Made by a program: the position numbers and the translations under genes
Assembly (NCBI GenBank): GCA_050732635.1
Contig: JBOHRE010000004.1
Coordinates: forward strand, 1,518-65,517
From: Longimicrobiales bacterium
GTDB lineage: Bacteria; Gemmatimonadota; Gemmatimonadetes; Longimicrobiales; RSA9
DNA: 64,000 nucleotides
Direction: 5' to 3'
Shown: positions 47,546 to 55,462 of the stretch, piece by piece
Layout: each line of letters begins with the position of its first letter
How positions within the stretch are numbered: the stretch's first letter is position 1
Notes under the pieces: model-generated
What the model was told of the DNA's origin: nothing
Seen by the model: only the letters and a program-made list of their open reading frames with translations
The model's database searches: none

Positions 47546-47680
47546 GGTTCACCTAGCAATGAAAAGCCACCGTGCGTGAGGCGCGCAGCGCAGACGCGCT
47601 GGACCGATTGTCATACGACCGTTCTGGCGCTCTCGGCACGGCCGATCAACTCGGATCTGCTGTTGAGCTCGACGCTGTTC

Positions 47681-48514
47681 TCATGCCTTCCGCGCGATCA
47701 CGAGCAGATGGCCACTCGCGCCGAGAAGCGGTTCCTCGGCTTCGATCTGACGTAGATAGTCGAGCAGCTGCGCGCGGCTTGCTGCGTCGGCCCAATACCG
47801 ATCGAAATGACCGAGGATCCAAAACGGCCCCTCAACTGCCAGAAGCGCTTCCACCGCGAGTCCGGCGGCCTCGACCTCAGTGCGCAGCTCGCGTGGATGG
47901 TGGAAGAACGCGGTCGTGAAATAGTCGACGCGGTCCGTGGGGTTACGGTGCTGGCCCTCCTGGAGGTCCCGGTCCACGATGCTCACGAACGCCGGGTCGC
48001 TCATGAGATTCCGCGAATAGCCATCCAGCAACGAGGCAAATCGCGAGATCGCTGCAGCGATCATCACGCCTCTGGGCCGCAGCACGCGGCGGACCTCGCC
48101 GAGCGCCGCAGCTCGGTCAGCGGCCTCGGTCAGGTGGTAGAGCGGCCCGAGCAGCAGCACAGCATCCGCGCATTCATCTGCTACCTCCAAACGACGCGCG
48201 TCGCCCACGCGTGCGCCTCCGGCGAGGCCCTTGGCGACGAACGCGGCCGTTGCTTGCTCGACGTGGAGCGGAACCGGATCGATCAGCTCGACCTCATATC
48301 CTCGTTCCAACAACCAGACCGCATGCACACCTGCCGCACCTCCTACGTCAAGGACTCGAGCCGACGGCGACGGTAGGAAGCGAGCCAGGATGTCCTGTGT
48401 TCGGACTCGCTCGAGGTGTCCCGGGCCAGCGCTGAGACGTTCTGACTCGGCCCAACGCGCGTAGTAGCGCCGGAGCTCATCGAGATCAGCCGATGCGTTC
48501 TCGCGCTCGCTCAT
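47681..48514 (-). CDS. class I SAM-dependent methyltransferase
   Basis: 277 aa with motif I VLDVGGAAGVHAVWL and ...ADAVLLLGPLYHL. Confidence 0.85.
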   Translation of the reverse strand: MSERENASADLDELRRYYARWAESERLSAGPGHLERVRTQDILARFLPSPSARVLDVGGAAGVHAVWLLERGYEVELIDPVPLHVEQATAAFVAKGLAGGARVGDARRLEVADECADAVLLLGPLYHLTEAADRAAALGEVRRVLRPRGVMIAAAISRFASLLDGYSRNLMSDPAFVSIVDRDLQEGQHRNPTDRVDYFTTAFFHHPRELRTEVEAAGLAVEALLAVEGPFWILGHFDRYWADAASRAQLLDYLRQIEAEEPLLGASGHLLVIARKA

Positions 48515-48558
48515 GCGTTCCCGATTCTCTCACCGAACTCCGCCTCCGGGCGCCATCG

Positions 48559-48963
48559 CTAGTCGGGCTGAGCAAATACAAGCGCGTACCCGTTCGGGTC
48601 TCGGACTACGAACTCGGTTTGCCCGTAATCCTGATGCCCGAGCGGTTCCAGGATTGTCACATCTTCGAGCCGTGAGAGCCTTTCGAAGAGCTGATGGACG
48701 TCCTTCGTCTGCAAGTAGAGGTTCCATACACCGCCTTCACGTTTGTCATAGAGATCGGGCTTCCGGTAGCCATCGAGCTGCTGCAGGAAGATCGTCACCT
48801 CATCCCTGGTCAAGATGCAGAAGTCGTGCGGCGGTGATGCAGGAACTGCACGCGCGGCAAAGCCCAGCTTGGCAGAATACCACTGCATGGTGGCGGCGAT
48901 GTCGCCGACCAGAAACACTGGCACCGCCTCGTAAATTTTCGCCTCGACGTTGTCGTGCGCCAT
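48559..48963 (-). CDS. VOC/bleomycin-resistance-like protein
   Basis: ATG 48963 gives MAHDNVEAKIYEAVPVFLVGDIAATMQWY...YGQTEFVVRDPNGYALVF. Confidence 0.8.
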   Translation of the reverse strand: MAHDNVEAKIYEAVPVFLVGDIAATMQWYSAKLGFAARAVPASPPHDFCILTRDEVTIFLQQLDGYRKPDLYDKREGGVWNLYLQTKDVHQLFERLSRLEDVTILEPLGHQDYGQTEFVVRDPNGYALVFAQPD

Positions 48964-49069
48964 CACCCGCTCCGATTCGGGTAGCCCTCCCGACACGTAT
49001 GAGCTCGAGCCACTCCACTCACTGAGCAATGCCAGACGCCGCGCAGCGCGAGCGCCGTAAGCCGTCGGG

Positions 49070-49291
49070 TTAGGCGCTGGCCCGCCGCCCAATGCGTCCA
49101 CGTTTGGCAACGAATACCGTTAGCGCGACAAGGACGGCAAGGCCAAGCACCTCGCCAATCATCGAAGCGCCGCGTGCTATTTCGTAGCCCAACTCGACAA
49201 CCGAAGCTCCAACCAGCACCCCGACTGCGTACAGCACCCACACTTGAGCAAGGCTCGCATCGGAATCCTCCAGAACTAAAGCGTACGGCAA
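49070..49291 (-). CDS. possible small two-TM membrane protein
   Basis: Only alternative starts are available (TTG 49291 or an internal GTG). The core VWVLYAVGVLVGASVV...VLGLAVLVALTVFV is hydrophobic. Confidence 0.35.
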   Translation of the reverse strand: MPYALVLEDSDASLAQVWVLYAVGVLVGASVVELGYEIARGASMIGEVLGLAVLVALTVFVAKRGRIGRRASA

Positions 49292-49394
49292 TCAGCAGCC
49301 CGTCAGCGCCGCGCAGCGGTAACCGTCATGTCAGCCGAAGTGATCCGCCGCGGTGGCCTCGGCCACCTCTCTCGGCGTCGCGGAGCTGCCCGCG

Positions 49395-49562
49395 CTGACT
49401 CAGCCCGAGCACCTGCAGCACACCTTCCAGACCGTGGATCGCTGCACCCGTCGGCCCACCACCTTCACCCTGCCGCATGATCAACACGGCCCGCATCCCG
49501 GCTCCGCCCACCCTCCACGTCATCGACGACCGTATCACCTACATGGAGCACGCGAGCGGGCG
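49395..49562. repeat. left copy of a diverged ~170-bp direct repeat (HAD 3' end)
   Basis: See the alignment under the pseudogene above. The partner copy is 55295-55462, in the same orientation, about 5.9 kb away. Confidence 0.7.
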
Positions 49563-49610
49563 GCACAGTCACAGATCGGCCTCCGGTTTCACAGACGATG
49601 CTGAACTGGC
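49395..49610 (-). pseudogene. 5'-truncated, frameshifted remnant of a HAD hydrolase gene, a paralogue of 55295-56002
   Basis: 49395-49562 aligns by hand to 55295-55462 at roughly four-fifths identity. There is a 2-nt deletion near 49508, and the stop codon TAG is changed to CAG. The two frames read ...VLHVGDTVVDDVEG and GAGMRAVLIMRQGE...LEGVLQVLGLS. Confidence 0.7.
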
Positions 49611-49618
49611 CCCATTGT

Positions 49619-49645
49619 TGCGCCGAGCCGGGACTCGAACCTTGG
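49619..49645 (-). other. tRNA 3'-end-like fragment (T-loop plus acceptor 3' strand), not a complete tRNA
   Basis: The minus strand reads CCAAGGTTCGAGTCCCGGCTCGGCGCA, with a GGTTCGAGTCC T-loop consensus. The 5' T-stem does not pair, and no matching acceptor 5' strand lies upstream. Confidence 0.35.
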
Positions 49646-49663
49646 CTCGAATCGGAGGTGCCG

Positions 49664-49918
49664 ATGGATCTGCTCACCTGGGTCATCGTCGGCCTGATCG
49701 CCGGCGTTCTCGCCGCGTTGCTGGTCGGCGGAGTTGGGCTGATCGGCGACATCATCGTCGGTATCGTCGGCGCCTTCGTCGGCGGCTGGATTTTCGCGAC
49801 GCTCGGGGTGACTACACCTTTTTCTGGGCTGGCGGGGACAATCTTCACCGCCTTTGTTGGTGCTGTTGTGCTGTTGTTCCTCCTGCACCTGATCACTCGG
49901 TCGAGGCGCTCGCTCTGA
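49664..49918 (+). CDS. GlsB/YeaQ/YmgE family stress-response membrane protein
   Basis: ATG 49664 is preceded by GGAGGT. MDLLTWVIVGLIAGVLAALLVGG...GDIIVGIVGAFVGGWIF. Confidence 0.85.
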   Translation: MDLLTWVIVGLIAGVLAALLVGGVGLIGDIIVGIVGAFVGGWIFATLGVTTPFSGLAGTIFTAFVGAVVLLFLLHLITRSRRSL

Positions 49919-49930
49919 GAGCACGTTCCC

Positions 49931-49960
49931 ATGCGCAGCCCAGAGGATTCCGTTGCGCAT
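49931..49960. terminator. hairpin between convergent glsB-like and MBL genes
   Basis: ATGCGCA (49931-49937) pairs with TGCGCAT (49954-49960), a perfect 7-bp stem with a 16-nt loop. Confidence 0.4.
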
Positions 49961-50031
49961 AACGTCTTGGTTCACGAACTACCGGGAGCGAAGCGTAGGG
50001 CTATATCGACCCGCCTACGAGTGGCGAGCAC

Positions 50032-51096
50032 TCATTCCCTGCGCGAGCCGGTGAGGATCTCATACGCGCCCGACACCGCATCGAGGTCGACGCCAACGGA
50101 GCGGATCCCTGGATAGTTGGACGCGTGCGAGCGCATGTCGATGCGGCGAGCAGCCTCCTCGGCGGAGACCCCCGACCGCCAGAGTTCTGTCACCTGCGCC
50201 CAAAAATCGCTCAGATAGGACTGCAGGTCGTCGATTCGGTCTCGTTCCCGAAAGGCCTGGCCGTGCCCGGGTAGAACCACGTCGAATTCGAGGTCCTTCA
50301 GACGCTCGAGGGTTTCGATCCAATCAGGGATGTAGCCGTCACCCATATAGGGCAGTCCGGCAGACAAGAGGTCTCCTGTAATCAGAACCCTCTCCTGCGG
50401 AAGGTAAACGACGACGTCGCCACCCGTGTGGCCGCGTCCGAAGAATTCCAGTCGAATCTCGCGGTCGCCGCGATACAAGGTGAGCCGACCATCCATCGTC
50501 ACCGTTGGTGGCGTGGGTCGAACCGCCGCGGTTGCTATCCGGTAGCTTTCCTGGATCTGAATTCGATGCTGCAGGCTCTCCCGATCGGCCGCCAGAGTCG
50601 TTGTGTCGAGCTGCGCCCGGAGTGAGGCGATGCGCTCCGGAATAGAGCCGATGAACCGACGGTAGCTTCGGCCTTCGACCGAACCGCCGGAGGCCAGCAT
50701 GCGATGCGTGAACTCATGACCGAGGATCTCGACATCTGATGCGTATACCTGATTCCCATGTGCGTGGTCGAAATGGAAGTGCGTATTCACCACGTACCGT
50801 ACCGGCTTATCTGTGATTTGCTTCAGCTCTTCGAGGAGAACGGACGCAGCCGCGGGCGATACATGTGAATCGACGAGCAGCAGATCCGCCTCGTTGATCA
50901 CGACTGCTGCGTTCGCGCCGACAGCCAGACTGCCAGTACCTACTGCAAGATAAACATCGTCTCGAATCTGGTGGAATGTGAACGCGGGCGGAGTATGCCC
51001 AGCACCGGGTGGCCGATCCTGGGCGTCAGCTGCAGCAGTGAAAAGCAGCCAAGAACTGACGGCACTCGCAACAACTGCGCGATCCCGAGCATTCAT
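50032..51096 (-). CDS. secreted MBL-fold metallohydrolase
   Basis: The motif HFHFDHAHGN (HxHxDH) is present. The signal peptide is MNARDRAVVASAVSSWLLFTAAADA. ATG 51096 has GAGGA 8 nt upstream. Confidence 0.85.
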   Translation of the reverse strand: MNARDRAVVASAVSSWLLFTAAADAQDRPPGAGHTPPAFTFHQIRDDVYLAVGTGSLAVGANAAVVINEADLLLVDSHVSPAAASVLLEELKQITDKPVRYVVNTHFHFDHAHGNQVYASDVEILGHEFTHRMLASGGSVEGRSYRRFIGSIPERIASLRAQLDTTTLAADRESLQHRIQIQESYRIATAAVRPTPPTVTMDGRLTLYRGDREIRLEFFGRGHTGGDVVVYLPQERVLITGDLLSAGLPYMGDGYIPDWIETLERLKDLEFDVVLPGHGQAFRERDRIDDLQSYLSDFWAQVTELWRSGVSAEEAARRIDMRSHASNYPGIRSVGVDLDAVSGAYEILTGSRRE

Positions 51097-51193
51097 GGTA
51101 ATCATCCTCACCAATTCGGTTTTGGAGGTCACATGGGATAACCGGCGAAGCCGTCCTGACCAAGGCAGCAGAACCTGAAGTGGTGCATAACGC

Positions 51194-51781
51194 TCACGCC
51201 GAGTTGCTCCCTCGTTCTGCCAACCCCGCCACTCGTTTGGCCATCAGGATGTCCGGTTTGCCCAACCCGTTCGCATCCGGCACCACGCCCACGACTTCGA
51301 AACCGAGTTGTCGGTAGAACCCCATCGGGTGGCGGTGCAGGTTCTCGATGGACATGAGTTGCCGGAGAACGCCGGGATAGAGATCGACGCCACCGAGGCT
51401 GGTCAGGTTGGCCTCGTCATCCGTGCCCACCCACAGCGTGATCGCACCGCGCCCGCGCGACTCCTGTTCGAGCCGCTCGACGAGCGCGCGTCCGATACCA
51501 CGGTCCTGCGACTCGGACCCGACCACGATCGGATGAAGCTCCCAGACTCTGCCGCCGTACAGGGGTTGAGCTCCAGCCCAAGCCAGCAGCGCGCCGTCCT
51601 TGGCCAGAGCGGCGACAGCGATCTTCTCCGGCGCGAGAGCTTCCGCCACCTCTGCAGCGGCAGCAGCCATGGTGGGCCACGCTTCCGGCGAATTCTGCCG
51701 AAACTCCTCGACCAGCAGAGCGGCGGCGGAGTCCCGGATCACGTCATAGTCACGTTCAAACGGAACGATGCGGAACACCAT
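51194..51781 (-). CDS. GNAT N-acetyltransferase, AAC(6')-Ii-like
   Basis: It is colinear with Enterococcus AAC(6')-Ii as I remember it. Shared stretches are PEKIAVAA..., WELHPIVV, LWVGTDDE, ENLHRHPMGFYRQLGFEVVGVVPDANGLGKPDILMAK. Confidence 0.8.
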   Translation of the reverse strand: MVFRIVPFERDYDVIRDSAAALLVEEFRQNSPEAWPTMAAAAAEVAEALAPEKIAVAALAKDGALLAWAGAQPLYGGRVWELHPIVVGSESQDRGIGRALVERLEQESRGRGAITLWVGTDDEANLTSLGGVDLYPGVLRQLMSIENLHRHPMGFYRQLGFEVVGVVPDANGLGKPDILMAKRVAGLAERGSNSA

Positions 51782-51796
51782 CTTCGATCCGGTTGA

Positions 51797-52267
51797 TCAC
51801 GTCTCGACCAGTTCTCGGAGTTTCGCGAGTGATGATTTCCAACCAGCCTCGTTATCCGCGGCCGAAAGGCCCGGTGGCAGCCGCTCGTGCACAGCCAGGA
51901 CCTCGGTTCCGCCATCTCTGTCGGTGAACGCGATCGTAATCGTGGACTTTCCTTGGAACGCGGGATCCGACGTCTCGAATTCGACCACTTCGACAACGCG
52001 CTCATCCTCTACGAGCTCGACGAAGTGGCCGTGATACGTGTCCGTGTGCGCAGTCGTCTTGCCGGTCCCGGTCGGCGCATCATAGGTGAGCGAGATCCGG
52101 AAATAGCCGCCTTCCTTTGGGTCGAACGCATGCACCTCGCTGGTCATGCCAGTCGGCACCATCCAGCTCGCAACCGAGGCGGCGTCGAGTAGCGCGCGAT
52201 AGACGATCGACCGAGGCGCCTTCACGTGACAAGTGATGCGCGTGATATTCGCATCAGACTGCTCCAT
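51797..52267 (-). CDS. SRPBCC/AHSA1-domain protein
   Basis: ATG 52267 gives MEQSDANITRITCHVKAPRSIVYRALLDA...GWKSSLAKLRELVE. Confidence 0.85.
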   Translation of the reverse strand: MEQSDANITRITCHVKAPRSIVYRALLDAASVASWMVPTGMTSEVHAFDPKEGGYFRISLTYDAPTGTGKTTAHTDTYHGHFVELVEDERVVEVVEFETSDPAFQGKSTITIAFTDRDGGTEVLAVHERLPPGLSAADNEAGWKSSLAKLRELVET

Positions 52268-52322
52268 AAGCCCTCTCTGCGTGCCGGCTACGAGCCGTTT
52301 TCGACACCAATGCCGCACCGCT

Positions 52323-53018
52323 TCACCGCTCGAGTAGTTCGTACGCACGGATCGATTCCACATCGACACGGCTGTCGTCCCGCTCGACGGCGGCGGTGTC
52401 GCCGTCGGCACGAACATACCGCCTCAGGCACTGATCTTCGAGCCGGGCGGCACCCTCGCGGCGACACTCGGGCGTGAAGGTAGGGGGCCGGGCGAGTTTT
52501 CCAGCGTCGGTTCCGTGGTGGCCCTGGCCGCCGACTTCGGGAGGCTCCCACAACTCGATGCGATTACCCTCTCCATCCAGCACCCATGCGAAGCGACCGT
52601 ACGAATACTCCTCCGGCTGCTTCACGGGGTGAATGTCTCCCTCGGCAAGCCGCGACAGAACGAGGTCGAGATCGCGCACTATGTAGTTCACCATGAACTG
52701 CTGCTCAGAGGAGCCGAAGTAGTCGGTATCGCGAGGCAACAAGCTCCACACCGTACGATCGATTCGGCTCGGTTCGTCAGCTTGTCGCCATGGGAACTGG
52801 ATCCCGTGCGCTCCTGGTTCGAGACCGAGGTGTTGTCGATACCATTCTTGCAGAGTCTCAGGACTTTGAGCCTTGAGGAAGACACCGCCGATGCCTAACA
52901 CCAACGGCTCACGATCTTGCCCGAGCTGGTTCCGTGTCCCTGCGACAGCGGAAGCGGACGCCCCGATGAGGAGACCGCCGAGAAAGGTCACCGCCTGCAC
53001 GATCACGCGCTTCCGCAT
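52323..53018 (-). CDS. VOC-fold protein with N-terminal signal/TM segment and a ~70-aa C-terminal extension
   Basis: AGGAG lies 7 nt upstream of the ATG. The sequence runs MRKRVIVQAVTFLGGLLIGASASAVA, then a VOC core ending ...GRFAWVLDGEGNRIELWEPP, then an unassigned tail. Confidence 0.7.
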   Translation of the reverse strand: MRKRVIVQAVTFLGGLLIGASASAVAGTRNQLGQDREPLVLGIGGVFLKAQSPETLQEWYRQHLGLEPGAHGIQFPWRQADEPSRIDRTVWSLLPRDTDYFGSSEQQFMVNYIVRDLDLVLSRLAEGDIHPVKQPEEYSYGRFAWVLDGEGNRIELWEPPEVGGQGHHGTDAGKLARPPTFTPECRREGAARLEDQCLRRYVRADGDTAAVERDDSRVDVESIRAYELLER

Positions 53019-53594
53019 GGCAGACTCCTGGACGAAGAGGCAACGAGGACATCCCTATGGATCGTTTCACGTCTCTCCAGTAGGGCAGAGGATCGAAGTC
53101 GATCACCCACGGAAGAAATCCCACCGCCACGATTCGCGCGAATGCGGGAAGCCCTCCGCGACCTCGGCCCACGGGCTCGCAAGGCCATCATTCAAGACAT
53201 CTCATAGCGCTCCCACTCTACCTCCGCCCTTCACTTAATTCTCGGCCATGACCTGGAGGAGCAGGGCGTCCTGGAGACTCTCCCGTTCGAGCCCGGCTTC
53301 ACGAAGGGTGTGGTACATCTCCCAGCTCACCTGCTCCACGAAGGTGGTGGACGCTCCGACCAAATCGATGAGGAAGGCCACTCTGTCAGAGAGTCGAGCC
53401 GCTTGCTGAGCCGCAGCGGGCACTGCTCGCCATCCCAGGACCAGGAGAACGACGACCGAGGCGCGCGTACGAAGCCTTGGACGTGAGTGTGAATGGTGCG
53501 CGGCCGCCGAAGGTCGGCCTTCGACACCTTTTCGGCACCGCCTGCGTAGCGATGGTCGTGCCCGTGCCCCTACCCTAAAGCACTGGAGTGCCCC

Positions 53595-53906
53595 ATGGAC
53601 ATCAAGGACGCCGGTCTGTTGTTTATCATGTTCGTTGTCTTCGGCGCACCTGCTCTCGCGCTTGCCGCCCGACTCGCGATCCGGCCTGTGGTCGACGCTA
53701 TCGTTCACCTGCGCGAGAGTCTCGCTGCTACCGACTCCCGAACCCGCGATCGTCGTCTCGCGGCGCTCGAGGCCGAGGTGAGCAGTCTGGGTGTCGAAGT
53801 ACGGCGCCTCTCCGAGTCTGAGGGATTTAGTCGGCAGCTCAGCCAGGCGACATCGCCGGAAGTTCTGGCGGAGCCGCTAGCCAGCAGATCCAGGCCTCAA
53901 CAGTGA
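53595..53906 (+). CDS. small membrane protein with a coiled-coil tail (PspB-like architecture)
   Basis: GGAG lies 6 nt upstream of the ATG. A TM segment LLFIMFVVFGAPALALAA is followed by ...RRLAALEAEVSSLGVEVRRL. The family assignment is tentative. Confidence 0.5.
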   Translation: MDIKDAGLLFIMFVVFGAPALALAARLAIRPVVDAIVHLRESLAATDSRTRDRRLAALEAEVSSLGVEVRRLSESEGFSRQLSQATSPEVLAEPLASRSRPQQ

Positions 53907-53927
53907 GACGATCACCCTCGAACCAAG

Positions 53928-54339
53928 TCAGTGATCGCCGGCGACAGCGTCCAAGATGAGAGAGGCAGGACGGCGGCTGGCGGAATGAACGGGCTCGCCG
54001 CAGTCGTGGAGAGTCCAGCCGGCTCGCCGCAGCTCCCGCACCCAGGAGGCGAAGGTGCGAAAGTACCACGGCATGGGCGTCCATTCGGCCGGGCAGTCCG
54101 GTATACGTTTCCTCGCGCCAACCATCCTGGTAGCCGCCGGTCTGCGTATCACTCAGCGGGTGCACGGTCTGGATCACGAGGTGGCCGCGCGTGACTCGCC
54201 GGATCGCTTCGAGCAGCGGCCGGATCTCGTCGGCGAACAGAGAGAAATTGCAGACCGCCGTGTCGAAGTCCCGGCCGACCACGTCCGCGCTCCTGGCAAA
54301 GCTCTCGTAGTCCAGAACCAGAAAGGTCGCATTACTCGC
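53928..54339 (-). pseudogene. 5'-truncated and frameshifted class I methyltransferase
   Basis: The first frame reads ATFLVLDYESFARSADVVGRDFDTAVCNFSLF...VIQTVHP...GWREETYTGLPG. A 1-nt shift near 54088 then moves into EWTPMPWYFRTFASWVRELRRAGW...PASLILDA. The SAM-binding N-terminal half is missing. Confidence 0.7.
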
Positions 54340-54353
54340 ACCGCGCGCCCGCT

Positions 54354-54773
54354 CTATTCAACCGTCCACGCGGGATTGTGTGCGACTTCCCAAAGGTGCT
54401 CATCCGGATCGAGAAAGTATCCTGCGTAGCCTCCCCAGAACGTTTCACCAGCCGGTTTGACGACGGTCGCGCCCGCCTTCTCCGCCTCGGCCATCACTTC
54501 GTCCACCTCTCGTCGGCTGGAGACGTTGTGCCCGATCGAAAAGTCTGTGGGACTGGGCAGGGTTTTCGCGAGTCCGGAGTCACGAGCCAGGCTGGCGCGC
54601 GGCCAGATTGCGAGCTTCAGCCCGGCCTCGAGCTCGAAGAAAGCAACGGCACCGTGCTCGAACTCGGTACCGACAATGCCGTTCGTCGGCAGGCCGAGTC
54701 CGTCTCGGTAGAACTCGACGGCCCTGTCGAGATCGTCGACGCACAGCGTGAGCAATGAGATTCTCGGTTTCAC
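54354..54773 (-). CDS. VOC/glyoxalase family protein
   Basis: 139 aa with a GTG start preceded by GGAGG. MKPRISLLTLCVDDLDRAVEFYRDGLG...GYFLDPDEHLWEVAHNP. Confidence 0.85.
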   Translation of the reverse strand: MKPRISLLTLCVDDLDRAVEFYRDGLGLPTNGIVGTEFEHGAVAFFELEAGLKLAIWPRASLARDSGLAKTLPSPTDFSIGHNVSSRREVDEVMAEAEKAGATVVKPAGETFWGGYAGYFLDPDEHLWEVAHNPAWTVE

Positions 54774-54860
54774 CCAACCTCCACAGGTGTAGAGTCGCTC
54801 GCGAGCTCGGTCGCTTGGAACGCGTTCATTCCCAGGCTCAGCGCTTCAACGCTGCGTCTG

Positions 54861-55157
54861 CTAGTGGAACAAGGGCACGAGATGTAGCGCGGCAAGGCCG
54901 ATAGCACCCCCCAGCGCACCAGCAACCGCGGCCCGAAGTCGAGACGCATCAGCTGTCGTCCAGCTGTAGCCGTATGCGCTGAGGACCACGCCCGCAGCTG
55001 TCGCTAGCACGACCGCTAGAACATGATCAATTCGCGAATGGAGTAGCAGGAAAAACGGCACGACGATGACACCGGCAAAAAATACCCAGAGCGCCAGAGC
55101 TCCGTAATACCAACGTGCGGCCGGGCCGCGATCTTCCGGATCTGTCGTGGATTGCAT
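54861..55157 (-). CDS. hypothetical 3-TM membrane protein (98 aa)
   Basis: GAGGAG lies 8 nt upstream of the ATG. Three hydrophobic segments are present. No family recognised. Confidence 0.5.
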   Translation of the reverse strand: MQSTTDPEDRGPAARWYYGALALWVFFAGVIVVPFFLLLHSRIDHVLAVVLATAAGVVLSAYGYSWTTADASRLRAAVAGALGGAIGLAALHLVPLFH

Positions 55158-55294
55158 GCGCAGCGCTCCTCAGGGTCTCAATGTTACAGATGAGCGATGA
55201 ACCGCCAGTGGGTGTCACGGCGGGCTCGCCGCTCTACTCATGGGCGAACCTTCTGTCCAATGGCATACAGCAAATTCCAGAGTGGTCGCCTCGC

Positions 55295-55462
55295 CTAACT
55301 CAGCCCGAGCATCTGCAGCACGCCTTCCAAACCGCGGATCCCTGCGCCCGTCAGTTCAGCATCCTCACCCTGCCGGGTGATCAACACGGCGTGCATTCCG
55401 GCTCCGCGCGCCCCCTCCACGTCATCTTCGAGCGTATCGCCTACGTGTAGCACGCGATGCGG
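55295..55462. repeat. right copy of the diverged ~170-bp direct repeat (3' end of the intact HAD gene)
   Basis: Aligned by hand to 49395-49562. Confidence 0.7.

Noticed and set aside
49570-49720. A complete tRNA gene on the minus strand
   Set aside because: Only the T-loop and the 3' acceptor strand are recognisable. The 5' T-stem (CAAGG against CCCGG) mispairs. The region where the D-arm, anticodon arm and 5' acceptor strand should be is the glsB-like coding start, and it lacks a complementary CGCCGAG.
53235-53708. A 157-aa minus-strand ORF called as a gene
   Set aside because: Its N-terminal two-thirds are Arg/His-rich and overlap the better-supported plus-strand PspB-like gene. The plausible C-terminal part has no usable start codon. 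I treated it as possible decayed sequence (see the finding on 53019-53594).
54818-54827. The palindrome GAACGCGTTC as a Gram-positive-type LexA (Cheo) box
   Set aside because: The spacing is GAAC-N2-GTTC rather than N4. It lies between a membrane-protein gene and a VOC gene, with no DNA-repair context.
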